64,000 nt of DNA, from contig OX597819.1 of NCBI GenBank assembly GCA_951406725.2, positions 101,432,001 to 101,496,000 on the forward strand, written 5' to 3'. Every line of letters starts with the position of its first letter. Within the stretch, counting starts at the first letter, position 1. The stretch is from Octopus vulgaris (Eukaryota). The translations under genes and the position numbers were made by a program. This document shows, piece by piece, positions 14,181-28,339 of this stretch. The notes under the pieces were generated by a model. It saw only the letters and a list, made by a program, of their open reading frames with translations, had not been told where the DNA came from and made no database searches.

Positions 14181-14602
14181 TCACAGAAGATTTGGGTATA
14201 AGATGCGTGTCTGCCAAGTTTGTGCCAAAACTGCTTTCAGCTGACCAAAAGTACACTTGGGTTTCAGTTGCACAAGATCTCCTTCATTGTGAAAAGAACG
14301 ATAAATAATTTTTGAAAATTTTGCGTAAGCCTCTGAGCAGGTATCGCCAAGCTTTTGGGGAAATTTAATGCAGATATGCAGATTCTCTGCTCAACCTTCC
14401 CTGTCGTGACCAATGCGACGATCACATGCTACACACCTTTCTTCCAAACATTGCTGTAAACAGCAGATGTAAGCTAGAATGTACAAACTTAGTGTGCATG
14501 CATAGTAAAGCTCAATGTCAATCTTTACCAAGCGGCTTCACTTGCGTGCTTTAGCTTCGTTACTATGGCAACAGTCCGGATACTTATTGATCAGACCACG
14601 TA
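14180..14602 (+). mobile_element. Internally deleted mariner relic
   Basis: ITEDLGIRCVSAKFVPKLLSADQK (WVP-linker motif); TIR-like end ccggatacttattgatcagaccacgTA. Confidence 0.7.
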
Positions 14603-14730
14603 TAAAATAAATTATCAGTTAAGTATTTAGATCGATGTAATTCACTAGACCTATTTCCCCTAAAATTTCTGGCGCTTGTGCCGAAAGTTGTGACCATTTT
14701 TTTTAACGATTTTGAAATAAATTCTGAATA

Positions 14731-15120
14731 TTTTACTCTTTTACTTGTTTCAGTCATTTGACTGTGGCCATGCTCGAGCATCGCTTTTAGTCGAGCAAGG
14801 ACTTATTCTCTGTAAGCCTAGTACTTATTCAATCGGTCTCTTTTGCCGAACCGCTAACGTATGAGGACGTAAACACACCAGCATCGGTTGTCAAGCGATG
14901 ATGGGGGCGGGGGCAACAGACAAACAAACATGCACACACATATATATACATATAATTGACGGGCTTCTTTCAGTTTCCATCTACCAAGTCCAGTCACAGG
15001 GATTTGGTCGGCCCGAGGCTATAGTAGAAGACACTTGCCCAAGGTGCTACGCAGTGAGGCTGAACCCGGAAACATGAGGTTGGTAAGCAAGCTACTTACC
15101 ACACAGCCACTCTTACGCCT
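14731..15120 (-). mobile_element. SINE family A, full length
   Basis: Reverse complement of 3209-3580. Confidence 0.9.
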
Positions 15121-15854
15121 ACGCTAACTAATTAACAATATGAGAGCGGGATATTTCATATGATAGATTATTTACTATTTGAATAACACGTCGGGCAAAA
15201 GTTTAAATTCCAGTCACTGGGAAATGTAAAATTTGAGCGTGTGTGCGCGCACTGGTATCTATGTGTGTTTATGCGTTTTAGAAAGAAATGTGATTAAGTA
15301 AGTTTCATGCCTTTCTCACGTGACTACCTGAGAGACAGTAATAAATCGTGATACGATTCCCTTTTCGACCTGTCACTTAATTACTGAATAATTATAAATT
15401 TACATCTATTTTACTATGATTATATTTTTAACTTCATAATTAATAAATAAGTTATAAATAATTAATGATATTTCTGTTGGTTGACCCAATTCCATTTTTT
15501 GTATGAACGACTTATTTCCTTTCTGAATTCCATTCCCTCATGCTATATAATTGCAGAAATATTTCCTCATAATTCTAATAATATCAACAAGGACTAATTT
15601 TTTGCTCAATATTATTTACAAATTATTTATATCTTACAAAGAGAACAAAAATCCTTTGATGTATTAAATGAGATATTTATTTTCTTATCAAATATTGTGT
15701 CAATTACCGCACTTGATTATTAATCATGATTTTAATACCTTGTTAAATGTTTTAATTAGAGCAGTAATTACACTCTGCAATATGATCTCTGCCTATAGCT
15801 CTTGTTATGACAATGCTCCGCACCGACCGAATTGTATAAATATTTTTCTATTAA

Positions 15855-15882
15855 ATCATCATCATCATCATCATCATTATCC

Positions 15883-15916
<34 letters not shown>

Positions 15917-16105
15917 CATCATCATTATTATTACTTATGTTCTTATTGTTTTGTACTGTTGTTATTGTTGCTGTCCTTCCTCCTCCTCCTTCTCATCATC
16001 ATAATCATCTTCATCATCATCTTCCTTTTCTTCTTCTTCTTCTTCTTCTTCTTCTTCTTCTTCTTCTTCTTCTTCTTCTTCTTCTTCTTCTTCTTCTTCT
16101 TCTTC
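15855..16105. repeat. Compound (CAT)n/(TAT)n/(CTT)n microsatellite
   Basis: Direct reading. Confidence 0.9.
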
Positions 16106-16757
16106 TCCTTGAACTGTCGACTTCGGTCCAATCTTCGAAGTATTTCTACAATATATAGTGACATATACTTATTGGTCATGTTAAACGGTTATCTTTTGGA
16201 AGCTTTCAGAATGGAACGCTCGTACCGCCAGCGATGCCACCCCTCCAGCTGCTTTTATATATTTTGGCACAAGAAACATTGCTGCAGAATTTGAAGGCAA
16301 ATCGGCGGGAACTAAGTCATATGAGAGTCGTGTCTTCATATGCAGAGGATGTCACTATCACGATGTAGGATACTTCTGATACAGAAGCGATTGACACTAT
16401 ATTGGCACAGAAAAAGTCGGTAGGCTCGCAACTAGAATCTTGAAGAAGAAATCCGTGTTGACCGACCGCAATTTCTCTCGCTGGACTGCAGCAACTCAAC
16501 AACATTCCTTTAGCATGACAAGATTTTTCGCTTTGTCAAAGCACTTTCATATTTGTTTATCGAAAGAGCTAGACGAAAAATTGTACCAAAATAGTGGAAA
16601 CAGAACGTTTCATTGTTTTGTTTTTTATGAATCGAACGTGGTGTTTCTTTTATTATCAGAATACGAGAAAATTTTGTGTTCCGGAGAAGGGGAGAAAGGG
16701 AGAAAGAGAGGAAGATAGGGAGCAGGGTACACGTACATATGTGCAGACATGCATATA

Positions 16758-16921
16758 GGCACACGTGTGGCTGTGTGGTAAGAAACTTGCTTCCCAACTT
16801 CATTGTTCCGGGTTCAGTCCCACTGTGTGGGACCTGGAGCGAATGCCTGCTACAATAGCCTCATGCCGAATAAATCCTTGTGAATGGATTTGATACACGG
16901 AAACAGAAAAAATGCTCGCCG

Positions 16922-16983
<62 letters not shown>

Positions 16984-17520
16984 AATAAAATAAAACATAT
17001 GCATATATATAAACATATATGTACGTATCTACCTCTACATGTACATATACACGCATATATGAGTACAGGACACCAAATAGGACGTGCGTCGAACACAATG
17101 AGAAACGAAAACATAGACACAAACCAAAGGAACTGGACATGTTTTTAAAAACAGCAAAAAAAATAGAGTACAGGACAATTAACAAAAAGAACAAACCCCC
17201 TTCTTCCAGTCGCTAAAGGTTTCATCTACTCTACATTTCGAAGGATAATATATATATATATATATATATATATGGAGTATTAATTCAGGAGAAAATATTG
17301 ACTATATAAATCACTAATGTAACAATTAGAAATGATAATAGAATCAATATCATAGCTGATTACAAGCATCCCAGAAAGCATTAAATAGCTGAAGGATTAA
17401 AATTATTCAGAGAACATAGCAATCAAAATTCTTATTTAAACCGCCGATAAAATCTGGTAATAATTAGAGCAATCAAGCGTCTGCGGGCAAACGGGTTAGG
17501 ACAATCTCTCAACACCCACC

Positions 17521-17567
<47 letters not shown>

Positions 17568-17765
17568 TTCTGGGTACGTGCTTGTCCCCCATCACCACCA
17601 TCGCTTCACAACCGATTTTGGTGTGGTTACGACCCCATAACTCAGTTGTTTGTCAAAAGCGAGCGATAGATTAAGTACTCGGCTTACAAAGCGTAAGTCC
17701 TGTGGTTCATTTGTTCGGTGCTCCAGTGTGGCCGCAGTCAAATGACTGAAACAAGTAAACGAACA
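16758..17765 (+). mobile_element. SINE family A split by insertions (5' part 16758-16925, 3' part 17575-17765)
   Basis: Both halves are collinear with 3209-3580. Confidence 0.8.
16980..17246. repeat. Unclassified A-rich dispersed repeat family X
   Basis: Homologous to 31590-31880 and 56790-56975 (gagtacaggacacc...gaaaacata). Confidence 0.8.
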
Positions 17766-17778
17766 AATGAAATGCAGA

Positions 17779-17902
<124 letters not shown>

Positions 17903-18909
17903 GTATGCATGTTTATAGACACATACACCTCTGTACATATACACATATATATATGTATAATTTCGTATACATATGTATGTGTTTATATGCCTGCGCGTGT
18001 ATACGCTCACACACATACACGCACACTACACACACACTCACATTGTGATACACACAAAATTCTACGCACGCATACAGATACTCACACACACACACACACA
18101 CGTGGAAAATATTTCTAGATATTTATGTACGTAATCACAGCGTATACGTCGTGAGCGTTGCGTGTCTATGTCTTAATTTGAATCAACCCTTAGAAAGGAA
18201 CTATAAGTTATAAGGGTGTAGTAGGGGAGAGTTGTTCAGGGGTCTCTTGTTGCACTGAACGGCCTGGGGTCACTCTGTGCCCTTTCTATTTGATATATTG
18301 GCGTAAATCAGGAAACTAGCAACCTATGATGGAGTGATCCTGTGTCTCCTTAATAGTGACAACGAGGAATGTAAGTGAAAGAGAGGGAGAAGAAAGACTG
18401 AGAGATATAAGGATAGTTGGCAGAACGAGAGAGAGAGAGAAGCGGGGAGGGAGAGAGGTGAAGAGAGAGTGGTGGAAATAGAGAAGGAGAGAGCAAGTTT
18501 AAGAAAGAGAGGTTCAGAAGAAGATAGAAGACATTGTGAATGCGTCGATTGGGCTAGTGGGGAAGAGAAAATGGAGCTAAAAGAGAATATATGTGTGTGT
18601 GTGCGTGTATGTGTGTGTGCGTGTATGTGTGTGTGTGTGTGTGTGTAGAAAGAGAGAGTGTGAGAGAGACATAAAAATCGTGGAGGAGTGAAAAGGTTAG
18701 AGGTTTATAGAGAAATAGATGGAGAAAAATTAATCCTTATGTGATTTTAGACCTAGATAGAAGGACAGTATAAGGTACACACGCGAGCTTACACACACAT
18801 GCACACACATACACCCACTCACTCACACACGAGTCCGTGTTCACAAGCAGTCAAATATATGCTTGCGTGCACACTTACAGACACATACACACGTATATAT
18901 AACGAGAGT

Positions 18910-18969
<60 letters not shown>

Positions 18970-19555
18970 CAGAAAGAGTGAGATAGTCAAACAGAGAAAA
19001 AATGAGAGAGCGAGGGAGAGTGAGAGAGGCGGAGAACTAAAACGGCGGTTGTGAAAATTAAAAGAAATCACGAGTGACAGAAGTCAAAAAATATAAACCT
19101 GTGCAAGAAAGATGAAATAAAAAATGTCAAAGTAATAAAAATAAAGGAATATAAATGGAAGTAAACAAAATTAAAAGACAGAATAAGCGTTGCAGAGGTT
19201 AAGGAAGAAGAAAGAGAAGAATCCGTCTGTGATATGATGCATGAAGTGAGTCAACAACAACGAGGGTAGAATCACTTTGGAAGAAGACATATTCAAGAAC
19301 AGATGAACTGTAAGGTGCTCAGGTAATCAGGAGACACAAGGGTGTTGCAAATAATAAACAAACAGAGGAAGGAAAGAGGTCAAAGTATGAAACATACTAT
19401 AAATCCTTTAAACTGAATGGCCGTCAGAAATGTAGGCGAAGGTAACAGTACACGTGACATGATTTAGAAATATTGCCGGGCGTCAAAGACAGAGCGAGTG
19501 TGATTAAGATATTAGCGACAAAGGCTCGTGAATGTGTCTGTGTCACTAATATGTT

Positions 19556-19589
<34 letters not shown>

Positions 19590-20129
19590 TGTATGTATGT
19601 ATGTATGTATGAATGTATGAATTTATGTATGTTTGTACGTACGCACGTATGTATGTGTCTATATATATATGAATCTATGTATGTATGTCATTGATCAATA
19701 TTATTCCAAGTTTTCTTGCCGGTTTCTAACCTATATCCAAGGTTTCTCGATTGGAATTTCAACAACATCAACAGGGCATTTTTGCATACATTTGTATGTG
19801 TGTGCAGTATTTGAAGTCACTGCATGTACAGGTGTGTATGTGTTGTATGTTTTGTATACTTAAATACGAAACTCCTGGAAAGTTTACGAAATTTTACAGT
19901 TCCAGTGATCAGTAATCTTCTATCTAGCTTTTCCCATTTTGGTTTTGAGAAGCCTAGTTTCTCAAACTTCGCACTTAGGCAGTGTGTTACATATCTCAGT
20001 ACGCCCATAATTACATGTATAAATGTATAAGCCATTTATGTACGTACGTATGCACGTATATATGTATATATTTATGTATGTTATTGACTGGAATACTCGC
20101 AGAGTCATTGTACGAGCATCTGGGACAAA

Positions 20130-20790
20130 ATGGAGTCTTGCCACATGAGTAGAAGGGTTGCAAGTGTAAGTGCAGAGATACCAAGGATCAATTCCTGATT
20201 GACAAAATTATACTTAGAGGCTGCAATGGGAGGAAAAGTAACTTAGCCATGTCATGGATCAATTAGCATAAGGCGTACGTTATGATCCCACACTCTTGGA
20301 TAATGGAATGTATGAACCTATTTGCTTTTGCATCGAATGCTGAGAGATTGCTTGAAAAAGTTATGGCGAATTGGAGGACGGACCTGACAGCATACGGAAG
20401 AAGTTTAGGGGTAATAGAAATCAAGAGGGGTAGCTTTGAAGGGGACTGCCTGTCCCCACTGATCTTTGTACTGTCCTTGATACCACTAACACTGATTCTG
20501 AGGAAAGCAAAAGCTCGATATGTATTAAAAAGCCGCCAACAAAAAGTGAACTATTTGTTATTTCTTCATGATGCATCAATACCAACAGATGACAATGTTT
20601 CTCGAAAAGAAATGGAGTAACTTTCAAAATACAAAGACCTGGAAACAGAGTTATCTCCAATGTGAGGTTTAAAAACAGAAACATTTCCTATCATAGTGGG
20701 CGCATTAGGTATGATAAAAAAATATTCAGACAAATATATAACAAATCACCAGTACTAACAAATATATATAACACAGAAAATTGCACAAGA
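20130..20790 (+). mobile_element. Dong/R4-clade LINE remnant: RT fragment joined to restriction-like endonuclease C-terminus
   Basis: [37 protein letters not shown], then SIPTDDNVSRKEME..KYKDL...PIIVGALG. Confidence 0.85.
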
Positions 20791-20828
20791 AAAGGCAAAA
20801 TATTTTTAGTATAAAAATTGTTAGCAAC

Positions 20829-20869
20829 TGAACGATATTTCGACATCTAGTGTGTCTTCCACAGGTTCA
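20829..20869 (-). ncRNA. Minimal type-I hammerhead-like motif (A6 substituted)
   Basis: tgaac CTGTGGA a gaca-cactaga-tgtc GAAA TA TC gttca: 5-bp helix I, 4-bp helix II, palindromic ATAT helix III, AUC site. Confidence 0.65.
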
Positions 20870-21074
20870 AAAATTAAACTTGTCAATCTACTTCATATTT
20901 GGTAATACTTTGTAGGATTGATGTAACTCCTCCGGTAGATTGACAAGTTTATTTTTTGAATTTGTAGGAATCACACTAGAAGCCGAGATAACGTTCACTT
21001 CATAAGAATGGCACAATTAATTTTTGTTTTTTGCTTCTTTATGTCTCCTGGAGGAGTTAACCTCAATCCTATAA

Positions 21075-21164
<90 letters not shown>

Positions 21165-21215
21165 TAATAATAATGATGATGATGATGATGATGCATAATC
21201 ATCATGATGATGATG

Positions 21216-21256
<41 letters not shown>

Positions 21257-21385
21257 TATTATTATTATTTTTTATTATTATAATTATTATCATTATTATT
21301 ATTATTATTATTAGTAGTAGTATTATTATTATTATTATTATTATAATTATAATTATTATTATTATTATCATCATCATCATCATTA
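21075..21385. repeat. (AAT/GAT)n tract followed by its complement (ATT/CAT)n
   Basis: Direct reading. Confidence 0.9.
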
Positions 21386-21389
21386 TTGT

Positions 21390-21815
21390 TATTTATTATC
21401 TTTGCCCAGCTTCTATCGCTGGAGGTCTACTACGGTACCAGCTGTTCCCTACCAGTGGACTAAGGTAACATCCCGTATGTTTCGAGCACCTTCTAGAGTA
21501 TTCGAGTGGTTCCAAGCAGTGCCCCACCCTTATTGCAGCCCGTATTTGTTCCATGAACTTCTCAAGACTTTTACTCAATTCCCAGAGCTCTGACAATTAT
21601 CGGTACTACTACCAACTTTTTCATCGACCACAACTGCTCAAACTCCCAAGCTAACCTGTCATATCTATCGACTTTTTTTTCATCCTTATCGCATACCTTG
21701 TTGTCAGCTGGATATGCTATATCTATTGGTTGCATTATTTCTCAATTAAGACTATGTCTGTCTTCCTATTCTGTATCTCATGGTCGCACTGAATCATAAA
21801 ATCCCATAGAATCTT
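21390..21815 (-). mobile_element. Dong/R4-clade LINE 3' end (restriction-like endonuclease) running into (TAA)n
   Basis: KILWDFMIQCDHEIQNRKTDIVLIEK...IDIAYPADNKV...DRYDRLAWEFEQLW. Confidence 0.85.
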
Positions 21816-21985
21816 TGCATTTCGTCCGTCCTTTACATTCAGAGTTAAAATGCCCTTGAGTTCGACTTTGCCTTTCATCCGTTCGAGGTAATTAAAATAA
21901 GTACCAGTCGTGTACTGGGGCCTATGCAATTGACTTCTCTATCCCCCAGGTTTCAGGCATTTTGCCTCTAATAAAAATTATTCTT
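21815..21985 (+). mobile_element. SINE family B (alternative tail)
   Basis: Central domain tcgactttgcctttcatcc plus tail aggtttcaggcattttgcct. Confidence 0.75.
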
Positions 21986-22820
21986 ATTGGTTATATTGTT
22001 GTCGGTGTTGGTGGTGGTAGTGTTGGAGATGTGATGTTGCTTATATTGGTAGGGACGTTGTCGGCCGTTATGTTGGTGTTGCTTCCGTCGTCATTGTTTG
22101 TAATGATCTTTGGGGCTGGAGGAGTTCAACAGGGAGTCAATTTAGGTCGTGATGTTGTTAACTGTTATGAGACGCCACAGATAAATTTGACCACCTCTAT
22201 CCATATTTCGATTCCTCTCATTTGTATATTATTTACACAATTTGAGTTTTATACTAAAAAAATATTTTTCCCTTTATACATAGAACATCGCTCCCTCAGG
22301 TCCCTGGATAGACGAATAACTACTGGAAATTTTTCAAATGTCAGGCACAGGCTTCACTGTAAATGTATGTATTTGTAACAACGTAAAAATGTTTGTTAAT
22401 GTATATGTTTCAGTGCCTTAGTGATTGTATGTGTGAGTATCTACGATTTGTGATTGCGTCTGTAATTGGATATGAGAGGAATTGTGTAACATATGGCATG
22501 AAAAATGGCCAACACTAAATCCAAAGTATATAAAATATATGTATGAATATAGTTTCTCTGAGTGTATATGTGTGCGTTTGAGTGTGTGTGTGAGTGTATG
22601 TATGAGTGTGTGTGTGTGTACATATATAAAGTACACGCTCTCCCCAGTAGACAACCCTTAATTCTTAATGTTTAGTCATTGCGGCGATTCTTCCTCCTCT
22701 CTAGACTTTCAATTTTACTACTAATACCTTCTTTCTAAGCATACATTTTTCTACCCATCGATCATAAATACCTCTCCCTTCACTCCCACACTATCCTATT
22801 CAAATACGACTCTCGATTCC

Positions 22821-22892
<72 letters not shown>

Positions 22893-23469
22893 GGGTCTAA
22901 ATGGCCTTATTGAAAACCATCTATGAAATGACCCCGCTCATATTTTTTACTTGCGAATTCTCCCATTCCCTTATATATTTTTTTGTTCACTTTTCTATTG
23001 TTATATTCCTAATTTCTCTTCAGAATTATATTCTCCATTGAAACTGGGCTTTCTACGCATTCTGAACCAGTCCTCCGTGCGTTAGCATGGGACTTCTAAC
23101 AACAAATTAAACTTCATATAATTGAGATACCCTGGGATTGTACATCTGGCTTGGTTATTTACCAAGCCACGTTGTTTTCGCGGTTCCGCTCGCTATGAAA
23201 CATGTAGCCCTGATTTTATCTACTCCATTCCTTAACTCTTAGATATTTATTTGCATACCTGACAACGCTGTCTGACAAATGTGAAATATAAAATATTTTT
23301 CTCAGCTCATTGTACATCGATAGAGGAAAAATTCACAGCCTTCCACACCAATAAACCACTATTTTTCCTGAAAGCGTTTTTTCTTATATATATTGTGTGG
23401 ATTGCTTGGAGCTCACTTTCACGCGGATCTTACACGTTGATCATTGGATCTTAGATTTATGTATATATG

Positions 23470-23975
23470 ATGGGTCATCCTATAAATAATGCAGTTTTTT
23501 CAGTTGCATGAATAAAAAATCGGAGGGGACCGGATGAACTACTTGCATCAACTTGCTGTAAAAGCAGGTAGTAATTTTACCTTGTGCTTATTCTTAGTGC
23601 ACGTTTTGAAGAGTGCAGTTCGATTTAAACAGTTAAATTTTCAAAGCTATACTGGAAATGAGAAATGTGCGGCATAGTTTGCGTTATAAATTCAATAAAG
23701 GCAACAATGCAACTGAAAGTACGAAGAATATTAATGCCGTATATAAGGATCGGACAATAAGTGTAAGCCAATGTCGACGGTAGTTGCAGAAATTCCGATC
23801 CAGAAACTACAGACTAGAAGACGAGTATCCTCCTGGATGAACTGTAGAACTAGACAAGGATGTTCTGCAAAGCCTGCTGGAATAAAATCCCACCGTAACT
23901 GTTGAGGAACTGGCAGAGAAGCTTGGATTTGGTCATTTAACCATTCATCAGCAAATATAGCAAATTGTGTCAATG
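23470..23975 (+). mobile_element. Mariner relic: 5' TIR plus N-terminal HTH region
   Basis: RHSLRYKFNKGNNATESTKNINAVY...QKFRSRNYRLEDE...TVEELAEKLG; homologous to 31025-31484. Confidence 0.8.
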
Positions 23976-24351
23976 GATTCTGTTACACTACGATATCACA
24001 ACTTTTACCTACCCCGTGAAAACCTTAGCCTAATTGTCTACTTATAAGATAGAAAGTGAGGTCAGTTTTAGTTTTCAAATATTTGCCGCGATCCAACAAT
24101 TGACATATTCAAAATCTGCCGGATTTTAGAGACCCAACCAGTATTCATATTACCATAATAAATAGTTTCCGCGCAGCCTTACTTTTTAAATGTCTTAAAA
24201 AATACTTTTAGCGGGCGTTTTGAGTCTCTGGACAAATAGGAGAAGGTTTGGTCAGAAAAGGGAAAGAAACCATTAATAAGTTTAATTCTTTATATGAGAG
24301 TTAGTGGATTGGCAGAAAGAAGTGTTGACGTTAATATCTTTTCACAAACTA

Positions 24352-24560
24352 AGGCGGCAAGCTGGCAGGATATCAACCGCACCGGTAAAAGTACTTGGCG
24401 ACGTTCCTTCTCAATTTATGTTCTGAATTCATAAGTCTCCGGGTCAGCTGTACCTATTGGAGTTGATAAGCTATGTAATAGTTGAAAACTGGAATCTATA
24501 TAACTGACTTAACTCCTTCCCGGATTTGCAAGCCTTGTGCTGAAATTTAAAACTAATATC
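24352..24560 (+). mobile_element. Old SINE family B copy
   Basis: ggcggcaagctggcagga head; gccttgtgc tail. Confidence 0.6.
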
Positions 24561-25228
24561 GTACCAAATCTTGAACTGAGGTTTTGTAAATGATTCACCA
24601 ATTCATAGAGTAGCCAAGGGCCAAACTACGTTCTTAACATGAGCGATGATAATGATAATTTGATAATAAGAATTAATTTGAATTTCTGATTTAAGAATCT
24701 GGGTTTGTAAAGCGAACAGCCGGTCTAAATCTAAAACCGAAACAATACAAGCCTTCTCAGTGATATATTCAATAAATGTGGAAGGAAAGCCTTTACCTAA
24801 AGCTGATACCTGCAGCGACACCTTTTCAGAAGTTGAAAGTTTCCACTATATCACAGGTGAATTCATAAAAACATACGCATTTATACATACGTAATTACTC
24901 AAACATACGGCCTAATACATATTCATGGATACATACATATATACATATATATAAATTGTGAGACTGAGAAAGAGAGAAAGAGAGAGAGGGGGTACGGAGG
25001 GAGAGAGATGTGAGATGTAGGAGTGTGCGTGAACGTATATATGTATACATACATATATACATGTATGTGTGGGTATACATCCAGGTGTACGTTTATGGGC
25101 TATGTATGGTTGTGAAAGTTTGTTCGGACGTACATAAATAAATGCATATACATGCATGCATACATACATACAAAAATACGAATATACTTCTATGCTTATA
25201 TATGCATAGGTATGTGTATGTATACATA

Positions 25229-25277
<49 letters not shown>

Positions 25278-25929
25278 GCATACATAGATACATATATAAA
25301 CTTTCATAAGCGTACACAGCCCATATTTATATATACATACAAAACGATACACGCACGCACATATACACACATTTGCATATACGTATGTATATTTATACAC
25401 ACACTCACAATAATATATGTATATCTATGTGTGTGTATGTATGTATATATGTTTGTATGTATGGTTTGTGTTTATGTATGAACGTCTTTGTATATCCATA
25501 TCATTGATTTAATGACTCTGTTCTTAGGAAGTTGATCCGATCCAAGCAAAACAACGACGTAGAACTTCTAAAATATCATATTTTCAATCTGCCCTCGTTG
25601 TGCGGGGAGAACAAACTCTAAACACAAAAGAATCCAACAGAATAAATAAATATACTTGTGTGTACTGTTAGGTACCCAGGCAAAAGCCCGCAAAATTTAT
25701 GACTTACCAGCTAATGTGTGTTCGTGATTCATACATCTATGATAGCGCTAACACGTGACATTTCACTATGAAGTAGTAAATAATTGAAACCGGAGAGTTC
25801 TCATTTAAGGCTTCAGAATCTAACACACATTGAGGAAGAAGGAGGTGAAGAGGACGAAGAAGAAGACGACCAAGACGATGAAGGGAAAATGAGATCGCAA
25901 CGCTAGGTGAGATGTGGGTGAGATGCGGG

Positions 25930-26110
25930 TATTAGTAGTAGTAGCAGCAGCAACAGTCGTCGTCGTCGTCGTAGTTGTAGTAGTAGTTGTAGTAGTGGAC
26001 GTGGCAGTAGTGGCCGTGATTGTAGTTGTAGTTGTGGTAGAAATGGTGATGGTAGTAATAGTGGTAGAGTTGGTGGTGGTGGTGGTAGTAGTAGTAGTAG
26101 TGGTGGAAGC

Positions 26111-26142
<32 letters not shown>

Positions 26143-26348
26143 AGCTTGTAGTAGTAGTAATAGTAGTAGTGATGGTGATAATAGTAGTAAAGGTGAGGGT
26201 AGTAGGGGTGGTGATAGTAGTAGTGATGGTGATAGTAGTCGTGGTGGTTGTAGTAGTAGTAGTAGTAGTAGCAGCAGCAGCAGCAGTAGCAGAAAGCAGA
26301 AGTAGTAGTAGTAGTAGTAGCAGTAGCAGTAGCAGAAAGCAGAAGTAG

Positions 26349-26380
<32 letters not shown>

Positions 26381-26460
26381 TCACTAGCAGAAGTAGTGGC
26401 GCTGCCGGTGGTTGTAGTGGTGGTAGCGGTTGCGGTGCTAATGGTGGTGGAGATGGTGGC
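25930..26460. repeat. Degenerate (GTA)n/(GTG)n/(GCA)n tract
   Basis: Direct reading. Confidence 0.9.
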
Positions 26461-26762
26461 TTTAACGTAAATGCAAATTTGTACTGACCTTTTTTTTTTT
26501 TTTTATTATTTTCTCATGCGAGGCTATCAAGTACCCCAGTGTCAAAAAACTGATACTTACGAATTGTCCGGCAAACAGGACTTGTTAACGGGCGGAAATG
26601 TAACAAAAACCAAATAATTTTCGCTTGTTTCATTTTTCTTCCTATTTTTTTTTTTTTGTATTTTTGTTTCTTTTCCTTTTTGTTAAAATTTATCACATAT
26701 TTACATTGCTTTCAGAAGCTATATATATACACACAAACACATATATACATACATACATATAA

Positions 26763-27172
<410 letters not shown>

Positions 27173-27261
27173 AAAACTTATATATGTATATACATACAAG
27201 CGTACATACACACATACATACATGCATACATATATACATACATATATATATATATATAGAT

Positions 27262-27328
<67 letters not shown>

Positions 27329-27418
27329 TATATATATATATACATATATGTATACATATGTATATATATATATACATACACATATATATATATACATATA
27401 CATACAGACATATGTAAA

Positions 27419-27485
<67 letters not shown>

Positions 27486-27919
27486 AGAGAGAGAGAAGGT
27501 GAGAAAGAGAGAGGGAGAGAAATGTTATAATTTCTAAACCTCTCAAAGAAAGATATTCAGTAAAAGTTCTTTAAAGTAAAGACTATTTGGCCCCAGGAAA
27601 CATAATGCCAGCTGGAAACGATGTTTCCTGGTGCTAAATATAAGCATCAATCGTCCCTTGTAGGACAGCCACATTATGTTGACAAATATACTTTACATAC
27701 ATACATACATGCATATATATATATATATATATACATAAAGAAGAAAAACTTTTATAATTATGAACAAGTCACAATTATAACTAACAGGGTTTTAAAAAGC
27801 CTTACGTGTTAAAAATAGCAGCCAAAACCGCCAGAACGCCATTATATGACTCATATTGTTTCTCCTCGCGATAAAATATGTCTTCGGGCGACATGACAAA
27901 TAGAAAAGTAACTGGTTAA

Positions 27920-27981
27920 TTCCCTATTGCAATTTCGTCGTCAGGGACTTCTTTAGTGGCACATTCGTCTCGTCAGGGGAA
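27920..27981 (-). ncRNA. Type-I hammerhead ribozyme motif with intact core
   Basis: ttccc CTGACGA gacg...cgac GAAA TTGCAA TA gggaa: 5-bp helix I, G10.1-C11.1 pair, palindromic ATTGCAAT helix III, AUA site. Confidence 0.75.
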
Positions 27982-28105
27982 ATATTCTTATAGATAGAAA
28001 TCAAAACAAAAGTGTACCTTGGAGCTAGCATGAATCCCGACTGGCAAGAGAAATGTTTCAACCTCTATTTACATATTCAAGTTTTGAATTCAAATGCCAT
28101 GCACA

Positions 28106-28177
<72 letters not shown>

Positions 28178-28339
28178 TACAAATAAGAAAACGGGGAAAC
28201 ACATTAGTTGGTTTATCAGCTTTAGAAAATTAGAATGTTGCCTTATTTAATTATCAAAACTACAACCATAATAACATAGATATATACAGTATACTTGATG
28301 TTTTATATATATATATATATATATATAAATTTTATTTTT

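Noticed and set aside
19700-19790. Hammerhead-like aacct/aggtt stem followed by GAAACCGG on the minus strand
   Set aside because: No recognisable CUGANGA box, NUH site or helix I
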